DNA of 55,185 bases from Octopus bimaculoides (lineage: Eukaryota), in NCBI RefSeq assembly GCF_001194135.2, contig NC_069004.1, forward strand, positions 19,374,211-19,429,395, written 5' to 3'. A program made the translations under genes and the position numbers. The notes beneath the pieces are model-generated. The model was not told the origin of the DNA, ran no database searches, and worked only from the letters and a program-made list of their open reading frames with translations. This document shows, piece by piece, positions 35,456-48,690 of the stretch (its first letter is position 1; each line of letters opens with the position of its first letter).

Positions 35456-38086
35456 GTGTAAACAATACATGATCTGTATTATTAATGATATATTTAATGC
35501 TGTTTATATCAACCTACCTAAAGCCAACTCTGATTCTTTGATACAAAGCCTCTTGTTTTAAAGTTAAGTATTTATATTTAAATTAAAGTTTTCTGTCATA
35601 ATTATAATTAAACACTTTTTTTAAAGTAGTGTTCTAAATACCATATTAATAATAAAGAAGTTAGTTATTTTACTCAATTCCACTAAATTATTATTTTCAA
35701 AATTAAATTAAATACATAAGCAGAACATTTTCTAATAAATAAACATGGTAGTAAAGGGTTTATGGTGGGGGTGAGGAGAAACAAACTACTTTCAAACAAA
35801 TTCAGTCGTCTTTTTAGTAACCAATGCAAAAATTTATTATGCCAACGAACAAACATTAGAAGGAAAACATTACCAACCTCTTAATCATAGATTCTTCATA
35901 TGCTGTCACTGTTCTATGGTACCAAACATTCTCTTGAGACCTAACTTAACCTCAGGTGGCAGAGCTAGTGATAACAGAGATAAAGAACAACATGTTGTTT
36001 GAATGCCAAACTAACAAGTTCTAACCAGACATAAAAATCTGCACTCTTGCATGAGAATGACTAATTTCCCGACCAACCATTAATCCTACATGTTTCAACA
36101 CTAACAACATTCTCTCTATTGTTTACTGTCTGACATTTCAATTACTATATATTTTATGTGATACTGTTGAGAAAGTGAGGAAAAAACATTTGTAAAACAA
36201 AGATGCTTTGTATATTTGTTTTTGTGAATTATATACTTCCACTCTGGCAACACATCAAATTGGGGCCAGATCCAGGCAGATGTTTATTACATAGTTACAG
36301 CAGGGTCACAAGCTCTCAAAATTCTTTCTTCATTCATTATAGTTTTATTATAATTTATGTAAAATATTAACCTAACTAACTTAACAATAATTAGAATTAA
36401 CAAATTAGACCCAGTTATTACAAGAACAAAATTAGTTACACAAGTGCATAGGACTTCATTTATATCATACTAAATAGTTAGTGATAATGTAAATGCTTAT
36501 GATTTCAATTATAAAATAAACTTTTAATTAAATTAGCCACTTTAAAGACATGAAACCAGGAATACAACATGTGGGGTTCAATTCCTGTGGTTTGTAATGT
36601 ATTTTTTCTGTGTTGGATTTGTACTTATAAAGTATCTAATTTAATTTAAAGTTTATTATTTAATCATTTTATTGTAATTAAATAGTAATTCTTATTAGAT
36701 TTTTCTCTTATTTTCCTAATTTTCTATTAACAACTGCCAAAGAAAGCCTCGACAACAGGGAAAAGTAACTTCCTTTTCTAATGGCTCACTTCTGAGATTT
36801 AAACTGGGTGTTATTTTAATCCATTCCAGTACCACTTGAATTAACACACAAAATATTTTTATCTTAGCATTTCATGATTTTTTGTAGTTCTGTCCTTCCT
36901 GTACAACTTTTATTTATTGTTTTTGAAATTTGAATAAATTTCACCTCTTTTCAGACACATGACAATGGAGTACCAAGATAAAAAAAAAATGAACAAATTT
37001 ATCTGGCAACCCAATAGTTGTCCAGATATTTTTATTTCATTTTACATATGAAAATATCTCTGCTTATCTTCCTATTTCCACAATTGGCCAAGCTTATGTA
37101 AGCAAAATTAAAACAATTCATGACAGAAAATACTATCTAAAGCCATCAACTGCTCAATGGCCCATAAATACATTCAATTTGGAAAATGTTTGGAAAAGGC
37201 ACCAAGGCCAACAGAGAACAACTCAATGATCCACTTGTTGCTGACCCCTGGTCCAAAAATCCCAGGATCCCATAGCTTAGGGCCTCGTTGTGTTTAAAGG
37301 GTTTCTGCTTCAAATATTAACAATTCCTGGGTGTGTACAAAGTTTACACCACCACAACTCATCCAACAACACTACATGTTCTTCTAACATGTAATGTGAA
37401 GTACTTTTTACAGAGTTCTTAGCAATTCAAAATAAGAACAATACACCTTAACAATTTATATATGATTTTTGCTTTTTCATCAGAGATAAGTGTTATTAAA
37501 TATCCTGTAATAATTCCACTATTTGGATAACAAATTTAACATATATCTTAGCTGTACCTTCCATTTACATTAAACTAATCACATTGTTGGTTTTCTAATT
37601 TTTAAAGAATATCAATTTTTTTTTCCCATTAAAAGCCTATTATTGTAATCACATGATTTTTTTTTTTTTCTACAGGAAGAGATTGCATAGTGACAAAAAT
37701 ACATCTTTGTAGTAGACCACTGGTCAGAGCAGGAGAGGAGAAACAACAATTTTTAAAATTTAGCAGACTGCTAGTATGTAATCAATCACACTGCCATGTA
37801 CAGTTTACGAATAAATAGACTGTAAGTGTTCAGGGTATAAATTAAGCAGGCTGCCAGGTTTACAATATACTGTGTATATAGTGAAAAAGACTGAGTATAT
37901 AGTGTACAATCAAGCTGTCTGCCAGGTCGTTATCTAGGAGGATAACTGAAAAAACACTGATAACTGGCTGGACTTACAACTGTGATAAAACCTGTTAGAA
38001 TTATACATCAGTTATCAGCTTGCCTGCAACTACAACAGGCATTACACCTTTCTTCTTCGTTTATCCCAAGTTAAAGAAAAAACTGT

Positions 38087-38087
<1 letters not shown>

Positions 38088-38129
<42 letters not shown>

Positions 38130-38252
38130 ATATATACACATACATACATACATACATACACATGACTGAGTAACATGGATTGCTCTACACATAAATATAC
38201 ATATCAGATCTTACGCACATCACATATATACATAGACACACATACTTTCAAT

Positions 38253-38290
<38 letters not shown>

Positions 38291-38296
38291 TACATA

Positions 38297-38342
<46 letters not shown>

Positions 38343-38352
38343 TATGTGTGTG
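38088..38352. repeat. Compound microsatellite (TA)n/(TG)n/(TACA)n/(CA)n, representative of many such tracts in the window
   Basis: Read directly. Similar tracts flank most of the large N gaps (19541, 21652, 23224, 45977). Confidence 0.95.
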
Positions 38353-38674
38353 TATATACAATACCTTTTATCCTGGCATAAATTCATTGTATATTTTCTT
38401 TTAGGACAATGATAATAAAAAAAAAAATCATTTTTTAAAAAATTTAGATATAATTAAAAAAAAATATATCTATAGATTTCAAAACAATAAATAAACTCAT
38501 TCGTACTAAAATAAGTTAATAAGATAAATAAATAAATAAATCATATGGAAAGGTTGAAGTTTCAAATTGTGGGTTAGCAATAATGGATTTAGAGTACAGA
38601 AATATCTTTACTTGGGGCTGAAAAAAAAACACAATTTAAATATTCCATATTTCGTTTCTTTCTCTGACATTTCT

Positions 38675-38963
38675 TCAAAGGTCTGATTCTGGTTCCTTCT
38701 TGCTTGCAGTCTTTTCTGCTGAAATCTTAGGTTCTTGCGGTGGGCAGAACTGCTGTGCCATACCGGCAACTACATGGATTGCTTTGTTCTCGAAGACGTC
38801 CAATGTTCTGTTTGTAGGTGTTATTGCGTTGTTCAACATAGCAACAGCAGCTGTCTCCACAGGGAGGGTGACAGCGGTAGGGAAGAAGTATGCGACTGGT
38901 CGCAGAATCTTCTGGAATATTGTATCGCCAGGCCGATGTTCTGCACGGTCGCATAACAGAACG
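38675..38963 (-). CDS. HTATIP2: HTATIP2-like last exon (VLLCDRAEHRPGD...VAMLNN...ENKAIH...KEPESDL*)
   Basis: TTTGTAG acceptor, phase 2 completes GGC. Matches VLLCDRQESRPGE...RAMLNN...ENKAIH. Stop taken from ORF 38675..39022. Confidence 0.95.
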
Positions 38964-39842
38964 CTACAAAGAGTGGGAAGTTCAGAAATGGTAAAAAAAA
39001 AATGAAAAGAAAATTGGGTCACAAATCTTGGTCACAAATAAAAAAAATCTTATCAAACATGGAATTATAGTTCGAATAAGTGCCAATAGTTGTCAACATG
39101 AAGAAGGATATTATTCTATTCTATTGTAGTCATAGCCAGTGTGGGTGACACAGGAAAGGCACCTGTGCTGGTAACATATAAAAGACACCCAGTACACTCT
39201 GTAGAGTGGTTGGTATTAGGAAGACCATTCAGCCGTAGGAACCAATCCAAAACAGACAAGAACTTGGTGCAGCTCTCCAACTTACAAGCTCCAGTGAAAC
39301 TGTCTTACCCATGCCAGCATGGAAAACAAATGCTTAATCATGAGAATGATGACGACAATAAGATTAACAATTACACATATAGACTTATATACATTATACA
39401 ATGGTAACCTCTTCCCCATCTCTAACACCATCTATTTTTCTTTCTCTGTCTCTCACTGACTGCCTCTCTATCTTTCTCTCCTCTCTTTTTGTTATTAGGG
39501 TAGCCGAGTATCCCCACAGTAAGACACCAATCTATCCCTCTATTATACTCTAACATTTCATCTGGCACAAAGCCACTTCCCTTAATCACAATTCCCTCCC
39601 CCAGCCGAGAGATCTTGCAAGTTACTTGGCAACCCCAGTGGTGTTCATGCCACATAAAAAGTACCCAGCACACTCTGTAAAGTGATCAGTGTTAAGAAGG
39701 GCATGCAGCTGGAGAAACCATGCAAAAGCAAGCAACTGGAGTCTGCTGCAACTCTCCAGCTTGCCAATTCCTGTCAACCCATTCAACCTATACCAGTTTA
39801 GAAGACAGACGTTAAATGATGATGATGAAGATGACATACACT

Positions 39843-39882
<40 letters not shown>

Positions 39883-39916
39883 TACATATACATACATGTG
39901 CACACATGCCTACATA

Positions 39917-41118
39917 TATTGCGTTATCAGATAAATTCATTATTTCTTTCCAATATTGCTTGAATTAACACCAAAAAAAATGTTTTTATTATAGTGTTTT
40001 GTGGTCTTTTTGCAGTTTTATTCTTCATCTACAACTTTTGTTTATCACTTTTGAAATTTGAATAAATTTCACCTCTTTTTCAGGCATGACAATTGCTGTG
40101 CCAAGTAAGAAAAAAAATGAGCATTTTTGACATCTGCTTCTCAGTCAAGGTTCTAATACTGCCTTTGTGCTGTGTATGGAGAAGATGCTATTACTGAAAG
40201 AACTGCACAGACATGGAAGGGGAAATTCAACTTCCATGTTTCAGCTGGCCTGTTCAGTTGAATGAGGATCCATGAGGATCCAAGCCAAGCCCCAAGGAAA
40301 CTGGCCCAGCAGCTGGGATGCTCTCATGATACCATTGCCTGTCACCTTCATTTGATGAGTAAGGTCTAAAAACTCAGTGTGTTGGTACCACATGCTCTGA
40401 ACAAAAGAGACAAACTCCAGCACTCCTCTATCGCCACCAGTTTTCTCACTCAACACCAGGTTACTTGTGGACACAAACAGATATTTCTTTACTGTATCAT
40501 CACTGGTGATTAAGAATGGTGTCTTTACATCAGAATGAAGCAGAGAAAAGAATGGTCATGTCCTGACAAGCAAGCAACACCTTGAGCCAAACCAAAGCTG
40601 CATCCATGCAAGATGATGTAACTGGGAATGGTTAATCCACTATGAAATACTTGAAAACTACTACGCAGTCAATGTAGAGCTTTACATTCAGTAAATGCAT
40701 CAGTTCAACCAAGCAATAGAGCTGAAATAATCCAACTGACTACATGCCATGCTTCATCAACATGGCAATGCTCAATCCCACGTTAATTTGACCAAAAGTG
40801 TAAAGCAAGAGCTCATTTGGGAAGTTCTGCCACATCCAGCATATACTCTTTACATAGAACCTTCGGATTTTCACCTTTTTCAGTAGCTCTCCAACAGTTT
40901 GATGACAGAGCTGAAAACCTGGTTCAATGAGATTCTTTGAGTCATGACCTGGTAACTTCCACTTTCAAGGCATTAACAAGCTAGTGGAACATTGGCAAGA
41001 AGTTGTGAACAATGAAGGAGAACATGTTATTGACCGATTTGTTAAGATTATTGATGAAAAATAGGGATTCAAATAGATGGAGAAAATAAAATAAACCAAT
41101 TTATTTGACAATCCAATA
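39917..41118 (+). mobile_element. Degenerate mariner transposon (~1.2 kb, both TIRs); a 5' fragment of a relative lies at ~36830-36995
   Basis: TIRs TATTGCGTTATCAGATAAATT / AATTTATTTGACAATCCAATA. Frameshifted IITGD..WCLYI..., WEVLPHPAY..., INKLVEHWQEVVNNEGE mariner motifs. Confidence 0.85.
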
Positions 41119-41879
41119 GAGACATACATAAACACACATTAACTGCTATGCCCATAGCTTTTGCCTTAAAATGCTGTTTCACTGAAATTTCTTCCATACA
41201 CATTCTTTCCAATGGAACATTAAAGATCACTCCTTTCTTTAAACTCATCATCATCATTTTAACATCCACTTTTTCCATGCTTGCTTGGGTCAGAATGAGT
41301 TTCTTCAGGCAGGTTAGCTACAGTCGGATGCCCTTCCTGTCACCAACCTTTGCCTGTTTCTAAGCAAGGTAATATTCCCTATTACTGGACATGTTTTGTA
41401 GAGCATTGGAAATGATAAGAAGCAACCAATGATGGATGAATTAGAGGGAGGTAGGGGGAGTATGAGGGGACTTACAGTTCCAGGAAAAAAATCCCTTACT
41501 TGAAAAACCAGCAAGAGTTAGCAACTGGAAGGGCATCCAGCTATAAAATAATTCCTAGATAATATGTATTCATCTAGCTCATGACAGCAGAGAAAAACAG
41601 ATGTAAAAACAAACAAACAGATAACTTTGTATTCAGTGTTCTCTGTACTTGTCATATCAGTCACAAAGAAATACCTAAGTAAATATAAAAAACTGCATAA
41701 ACTGGTTTGTTCTGAAACTGAATATTTTGAAAGTGGGAGCTTTACTTTGATAATTAAAATGAACTTCAGAAAAAGAACTGAATATCTACACAATACTTGT
41801 AATGTTAGAAATAGCAGCTGAATCACCCTTAAACCATGCCCAACAATTTTCAAAAAATAGAAAACAGATTCCATCACAT

Positions 41880-42500
41880 GCCAGGGAGGAAAAACTAGAA
41901 GTAGTTGATAGCTTCCGTTACCTAGATGACCAAGTCAGTAGCAGGGGTGGATGCTTTGAGAGAGCAGCTGCTAGAATACGAATAGCCTGAGTAAAGTTCA
42001 GAGAGCTCCTACATCTGCTGGTAACAAAGAGCCTGTCACTCAGAGTGAAACATAGACCATATGATGCATGTGTGTGAACAATCATGCTACATGGCAGTGA
42101 AACATGGGCTGTGACTACTTAAGACATGCGTAGGCTTGAAAGAAATGAAGCTAGTATGCTCCAATGGAGGTGTAATNNNNNNNNNNNNNNNNNNNNNNNN
42201 NNNNNNNNNNNNNNNNNNNNNNNNNNNNNNNNNNNNNNNNNNNNNNNNNNNNNNNNNNNNNNNNNNNNNNNNNNNNNNNNNNNNNNNNNNNNNNNNNNNN
42301 NNNNNNNNNNNNNNNNNNNNNNNNNNNNNNNNNNNNNNNNNNNNNNNNNNNNNNNNNNNNNNNNNNNNNNNNNNNATGGTCATGTGTTACATATGAATGA
42401 GGACAGCTAAGTGAAAAAGTGTCACACCCTAACAATGGAGGGAACCTGTGGAAGAGGTAGAGTCAGGAAGACATGGGATGAGGTGGTGAAGCACAACCTT
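41880..42500 (+). mobile_element. RTE-clade LINE 3' fragment, interrupted by an N gap
   Basis: LEVVDSFRYLDDQVSS.GGC....ARIRIA...FRELL.LL......LHGSETWAV....RRLERNEASML is typical of the RTE RT C-terminus. Confidence 0.8.
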
Positions 42501-42529
42501 CAAATATTGGGTCTCACAGAGGCAACAAC

Positions 42530-43035
42530 AAGCAACTAAGACCTTTGGAGATATGCTGTGCTTGAGAAGACCTGGCAAGCCAAGTGAGATCGTAGCCATG
42601 GCTGATGCCAATGTTGCATAACTGGCCTGTTTAAAAGTACCCTTCAATTGCCAAGCAATGTGCTGTGCTTGAGAAGACCTGTTGAGTCAAATGAAATCAT
42701 AGTAATGGCCGATGCCAGTGCCAGTGTCACCTGACTGGCACATAAAAAGTACCATTCGAATGTGGTTGGTGCCAGTGCCGCCAGACTGGCTCCTGTACTG
42801 GTGGCATGTAAAAAGCACCATTTGAGTGTGATCATTGCTAGTGCTGCCTCACTCACCCACGTGCCTGTGGCATGTAAAAAACATCCCCTACACTCTCAGA
42901 GTGGTTGGTGTTAGGAAGGGCATCCAGCTGTAGAAACCTTGCCAGATCAGATTGGAGCCTGGTGCAGCCACCTGGCTTGCCAGTCCTCAGTTAAAGCGTC
43001 CAACCAATGCAAGCATGGAAAGCGGACGTTAAACG
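42530..43035 (+). mobile_element. SINE family C / LINE 3' tail ending (GAT)n; other copies ~10340-10560, 11525-11770(-), 12745-13045(-), 13390-13610, 16700-17040, 39130-39360, 39600-39830, 41225-41400(-), 49765-50045, 52690-52970
   Basis: Shared GGTTGGTGTTAGGAAGGGCATCCAGCTGTAGAAAC...CCAACCCATGC.AGCATGGAAAGCGGACGTTAAACGATGATGATG. Here it follows the RTE fragment directly. Confidence 0.8.
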
Positions 43036-43152
43036 ATAATGATGATGATGGAAGGACACCTTGGATAATGTAGTGCTGGATACTACACAGCCAGTGAACT
43101 TCTAACATTGGACAAATAAATAATATGATGAAAGAATAAGCAAATCACTTAC

Positions 43153-43214
43153 CCTGGTCGAAATATGGAGAGTCTCTGGAAATGCATAACTTTCAAAGTT
43201 TCTTCCATAAGACC
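43153..43214 (-). CDS. HTATIP2: HTATIP2-like exon (GLMEETLKVMHFQRLSIFRP-G)
   Basis: TTTCTTTCAG acceptor, GTAAGT donor, 62 nt, phase 0 to 2. Matches [21 protein letters not shown]. Confidence 0.93.
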
Positions 43215-43599
43215 CTGAAAGAAAGACAAACAGTGTCTCATTGTTTGTATTCGTTATATAATGTGTGCATGTGCATGCATGTGTGTGTGTGTGTGAGTGT
43301 GTGTGTGTATAAAACAATCATTATCACCACTAGCACCATCATTACCACTATCACCACAATCACTTTCATCACCTCAATGACAACCTTAAATCACCACCAT
43401 CACAACCACTTTCATCACCTTTTATCATCAGCCTTTTATCCCTACTACCATCATCACTACAAAAACTTTTACTATCATCAAGCGATGACATGTGGAGCCC
43501 CCACCCCACCCCCACCTGCAAGGATCTGCACTTGGTTTCTTACTGTTTGTTGTATATATTAATGAAACAGATGCCAACTTAAAAGTATATTGCTGAGTT

Positions 43600-43648
<49 letters not shown>

Positions 43649-44052
43649 ACAATCGAGGCAGTGCCCCAGCATGGCCACAGTCTAATGACTGAAACAAGTA
43701 AAAGAAACACTACATTTAGCTGTACCTTGAAAACAAAAAAAGAACAGATGCCATATGCTCTAAATCTTTCCTGTATTGGGACGCAGTGCAGCAGCAAAGG
43801 ACTGTTGACTGACAACTTAAGATGGCCGTAGACAACTGTACAACTATACAATTTGAGAGGAAAATCCCAGGATTAATCTACTACCACTACAACACAAACC
43901 CTAAGAAATCTGCTGGAAGATATGACCTACACATTATTGTCGACAATAATCTGTGTTGGCTGACACACATTTCCAAAAATCAGCAAAAAGGCCACAGGTG
44001 TGTTACTATCATTCAGTAAAATCTTTGTCAGCCATTCATGAGCTTTCTATAA

Positions 44053-44278
44053 AACTCTTTAGCTTTCAGATTATTCTGTCAAATGTAATTCTTATTTATT
44101 CACATTGATTTGAATTAGTTGTGCATGACCTCATAGCTTTGAGATTTTAATGATGTGATTGCTCATTTTAAGAATAACATTGTTAGGAAAGTGTGAGAGG
44201 CCGGATCTGGCCAGTTTGAATATAAAATAGATAGAATAATTGGGCCAGATAAGGCTGGTTTAAATGCTAAAGGGTTAA
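44053..44278 (+). mobile_element. piggyBac-like MITE (~230 bp); other copies ~17060-17170, 49222-49635, 49636-50135, 51690-51916, 52140-52238
   Basis: Termini approximate CCCTTTAGCATT...AATGCTAAAGGG followed by TTAA (44275-44278, 51913-51916). CCC..GGG ends with a TTAA target fit the piggyBac convention. Confidence 0.65.
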
Positions 44279-44605
44279 AGCTATATATTAATAAGGTATG
44301 TCCACATTTACAGTTTGCATATCCAGTCTGAAACTCCCATCTTGTCCAGAATATTGGTCAATAGGAAAGTGACCAGAGACATGTAACCAGACAAATACCA
44401 GCTCTCAGTCAGTCACTGTAACTTGAAAGTCTTATTTCTGAGCATTGATAGAATACAACTTCAATGTTTATCAGCTAAATTGGGAGAAAACCTCAAGATT
44501 ATCCACCATTTTGCCAACAACAAATTTGATCCCATTTTTTAATTCAAAATCTCTACCACTTGTAGACAAGCTTATAAAATCAAAAAACAGCATCTATGAC
44601 TTTCA

Positions 44606-44839
<234 letters not shown>

Positions 44840-45883
44840 CTATTTCTACATTATCTGGTTTTTCTGTTTTTTTTAGGGTTTTTTTTTTTTTATAATTTCA
44901 CTTCTGTCAACTTTTCCCTGAAGGACTCTGTCTGAAACACTGGAATTTTCTACTCCACCCAACAAGGTCACTGTAGTCTTTCTCTCAATTTTACTAAACA
45001 AATCAAGTTCTATCCAGACAAACACCAGTCTCCTTGGAGTCTAATTATATATATATACCTTTTATCTGTTACTAGCTTTCAGTCATTAAACTGCAGCCAT
45101 GCTGGGGCACCGCTTTCAAGAATTTTAGTTGAATCAATCAACCCTAGGACTTATCTATTTCTTTAAGCTTGGTACTTATTCAATTGATTTCTTTTTGCTG
45201 AACCACTAAGTTACAGAAACATAAACACACCAACACCGGTTGTCAAGCAATGGTGGGGGACAAACACAAACACAAACATACATATATGTCTATATACAAT
45301 GGGCTTCTTTCAGTTTCCATCTGCAAAATCTACTCACAAGGCTTTGGTCGGCCTGAGGTTATAGCAGAAGGCACATGCCCAGGGTTCCACACTATGATCC
45401 CAGAAACGTGGTTGGAAAGTAAACTTCTTACCACACAGCTACGCCTGCATACACATACACACATATATATATATAAATAGGTGTTAGCATGGCTGTGTGG
45501 TAAGAAGCTTGCTTTCCAACCACATGGTTCTGGGTTCAGTCCCACTGCATAGCACCTTGGATAAATGTCTTCTACTATAGCTTTGGGCCGACCAAAGCTC
45601 TGTGAAGGGATTTGGTAGACAGAAACTGAAAGAAGCCTGTCGTATATATGCATATATTGATGTGTGCATGTGTTTGTGTTCCCCCCATTTCCCGCCATTA
45701 CTTGACAACCGATATTGGTATGTTTACATCCCTGTAACCTAGCACTTCAGCAAAAGAAACCAATAGAATAAGTACCAGGCTTGCAAAGAATAAGTTCTGG
45801 GTTCGATTTCTTTGACTAAAACCCTTTAAGGCAGTGCTCCAGCATGGCCTCAGTCAGATGACTGAAACAAGTAAAAGAATAAC

Positions 45884-45940
<57 letters not shown>

Positions 45941-46515
45941 ATTTAAAAATAGGATAAAATCTTTATAAGAATTTATNNNNNNNNNNNNNNNNNNNNNNNN
46001 NNNNNNNNNNNNNNNNNNNNNNNNNNNNNNNNNNNNNNNNNNNNNNNNNNNNNNNNNNNNNNNNNNNNNNNNNNNNNNNNNNNNNNNNNNNNNNNNNNNN
46101 NNNNNNNNNNNNNNNNNNNNNNNNNNNNNNNNNNNNNNNNNNNNNNNNNNNNNNNNNNNNNNNNNNNNNNNNNNNNNNNNNNNNNNNNNNNNNNNNNNNN
46201 NNNNNNNNNNNNNNNNNNNNNNNNNNNNNNNNNNNNNNNNNNNNNNNNNNNNNNNNNNNNNNNNNNNNNNNNNNNNNNNNNNNNNNNNNNNNNNNNNNNN
46301 NNNNNNNNNNNNNNNNNNNNNNNNNNNNNNNNNNNNNNNNNNNNNNNNNNNNNNNNNNNNNNNNNNNNNNNNNNNNNNNNNNNNNNNNNNNNNNNNNNNN
46401 NNNNNNNNNNNNNNNNNNNNNNNNNNNNNNNNNTTCGATTTCTTTGACTAAAACCCTTTAAGGCAGTGCTCCAGCATGGCCTCAGTCAGATGACTGAAAC
46501 AAGTAAAAGAATAAC

Positions 46516-46548
<33 letters not shown>

Positions 46549-47343
46549 CATATAAATCAAAGGTCCTTCTTGAGCCATAGGCTCATAAGGTCAGTTTCCT
46601 GGACTCTGTAGTACATATACTCTCCTGCTAAACAGGACATTAAATGAGGATGATCATATACTTGTATCTCCTTGTCTTGACATTGTATATAAATAAGCGT
46701 CACTGTCTTACAAGCAGTGACATTCATTTTCAATCTTCCAGGAAAATATGTTTGGCCAAGGAGAAATATTAATTTCAAATTTTGGTACAAGGCCAGCAAT
46801 TTCAGGTGAGGGGTAAGGTGATTACATCAACTCCAATACTCAACTAGTGGTTGCTTTATCAACCATGAAAGGATGCAAGGCAAAGTTGACCTCAGCAGAA
46901 TTTGAACTCAGAACATAAAGATGGTTAAGCATTTTGCCCAGCATGGTAATGATTCTGCTAGCTTGCTGCCTTACCAAGGGGAAATATTGCCTTACTTGGA
47001 ACCAGATGAAAGCTGGCAACAGGAAGGGCATTTGGCTGTAGAAACTCTACCACTCCAAATTCCATCTGACTTATGCAGCCATGAAAAACTGGATATTAAA
47101 ACGACAATGACAATGACAATGATGATCACAACCTCTGATGTTGTGTAAGCCACACATCACTATATAGATATGGAGTAGGGGCTGCTAGGACTGTGAAGTA
47201 GAGCCAAAGGAGTGTGACTCCATCCAAAGAAAACTGTAGGGAAAGAATTACTGGTTGTCAAAATCAACTAAATAACTGAAGGGCCATACCACTGTACCCC
47301 TCTTTCATCAGCACAAAAAGAAATAAGGAAGGAATAAACAATT

Positions 47344-47807
47344 GTTGTTGTTGGCACTCCGTCGGTTACGACGACGAGGGTATCAGTTGATCCAATCAAT
47401 GGAACAGCCTGCTCGTGAAATTAACGTGCAAGTGGCTGAGCACTCCACAGACACATGTACTCTTAACATAGTTCTCGGGAGAGATTCAGCGTGACACAGT
47501 GTGACAAGGCTGGCCCTTTGAAATGCAGGTACAACAGAANNNNNNNNNNCTCGGGAGAGATTCAGCGTGACACAGTGTGACAAGGCTGGCCCTTTGAAAT
47601 GCAGGTACAACAGAAACAGGAAGAAAGAGTCAGAGAAAGTTCTGGTGAAAGAGTACAGCAGGGTTCGCCACCATCTCCTGCCGGAGCCTCGTAGAACTTT
47701 AGGTGTCTTCACTCAATAAACACTCACAACACCCGGTCTGGGAATCAAAACCGTGATCCTACGACCACGAGTTCACTGCCCTAAGCACTGGGCCATTGCG
47801 CCTCCAC
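47344..47807 (-). mobile_element. tRNA-derived SINE family F
   Basis: Minus-strand head GTGGAGGCGCAATGGCCCAGTGCTTAGGGCAGTG...GGTTTTGATTCCCAGACCGGG (A/B-box-like) with a (CAA)n tail. Confidence 0.75.
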
Positions 47808-48582
47808 AGGAATAAACAATAAGAAGAGATAAATAATCATTTCTAATGCAGGCACAAGGCCTGAAATTTTAGGGGAGGGGACTAGTCGATTACATTGACC
47901 CCAGTGTTTCACTGGTACTTATTTTATTGACCCTGAAAGGATGAAAGGCAAAGTCGACCTTGGCGGGTGCTTTTTATGCAGCACCATCGCCAGTAATTTC
48001 CATGTGGCACCAGCACCAGTGAATATTATGTGTTACTAACAAACATTCTCAGCAGAATTTGAACTCAGAAAATTTAGACAAACGAAAATGCTGCTAAGCA
48101 TTTCACCCAGCATGCTAACGATTCTGCCAGCTCGTCATCTTTATTATTATAATAACAACAACAATAACCCTTTCTACTATAGGCACAAGGTCTGAAATTT
48201 GGAGGAGGGGGATACCTGATTACATCAACCCCAGTACTCGACTGGTACTTATTTCACTGACCCCGAAAGGATGAAAGGCAAAGTCAATCCTGGCAGAGTC
48301 TTTGCCACCTTTGCTACTACAGCTGCATTAGCAACAACAACAATAACCCTTTCAACTATATGCACAAGACCTGAAATTTTGGGGGAAGGGGCTAATGAAC
48401 CCCAGTGTTTCACTGGTACTTAATTTATTGACCTCGAAAGGATGAAGGGCAAAGTTGACCTCAGGAGAATTTGAACTCAGAACGTAGCAGCAGACAAAAT
48501 ACTACTAAGCATTTCACCCAGCATGCTAACGATTCTGCCAATTTACTGCCTTAACAACAATAATAATAATAATAATACTTAC

Positions 48583-48690
48583 AGACTGGATGGATCCATG
48601 TGAGGTGCCAAGGGTACAAAAACCATATTCAAGTCCTTTAAACAGATGAGCATAATCTTCAAGAAGGTTGAAGTCAACTACATTTTGTTC
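48583..48690 (-). CDS. HTATIP2: HTATIP2-like exon (EQNVVDFNLLEDYAHLFKGLEYGFCTLGTSHGSIQS)
   Basis: TTTTCAG acceptor, GTAAGT donor, 108 nt, phase 0 to 0. Matches [30 protein letters not shown]. Confidence 0.92.

Noticed and set aside
38700-39005. Overlapping ORFs 38700..39005(+), 38727..38954(-) and 38735..38956(+)
   Set aside because: They are shadow frames of the GC-richer HTATIP2-like last exon.
43182-43562. His/Thr/Ile-rich 126-aa ORF
   Set aside because: It is built from (TG)n and degenerate (CAC/CAT)n repeats antisense within an HTATIP2-like intron.
45802-46554. Identical ~120-bp sequence on both sides of the gap at 45977-46433
   Set aside because: An exact duplicate at contig ends is most simply an assembly overlap artefact.
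47474-47615. Exact 66-bp duplication around a 10-N gap
   Set aside because: This is the typical signature of unmerged overlapping contigs, not evidence of a real tandem duplication.
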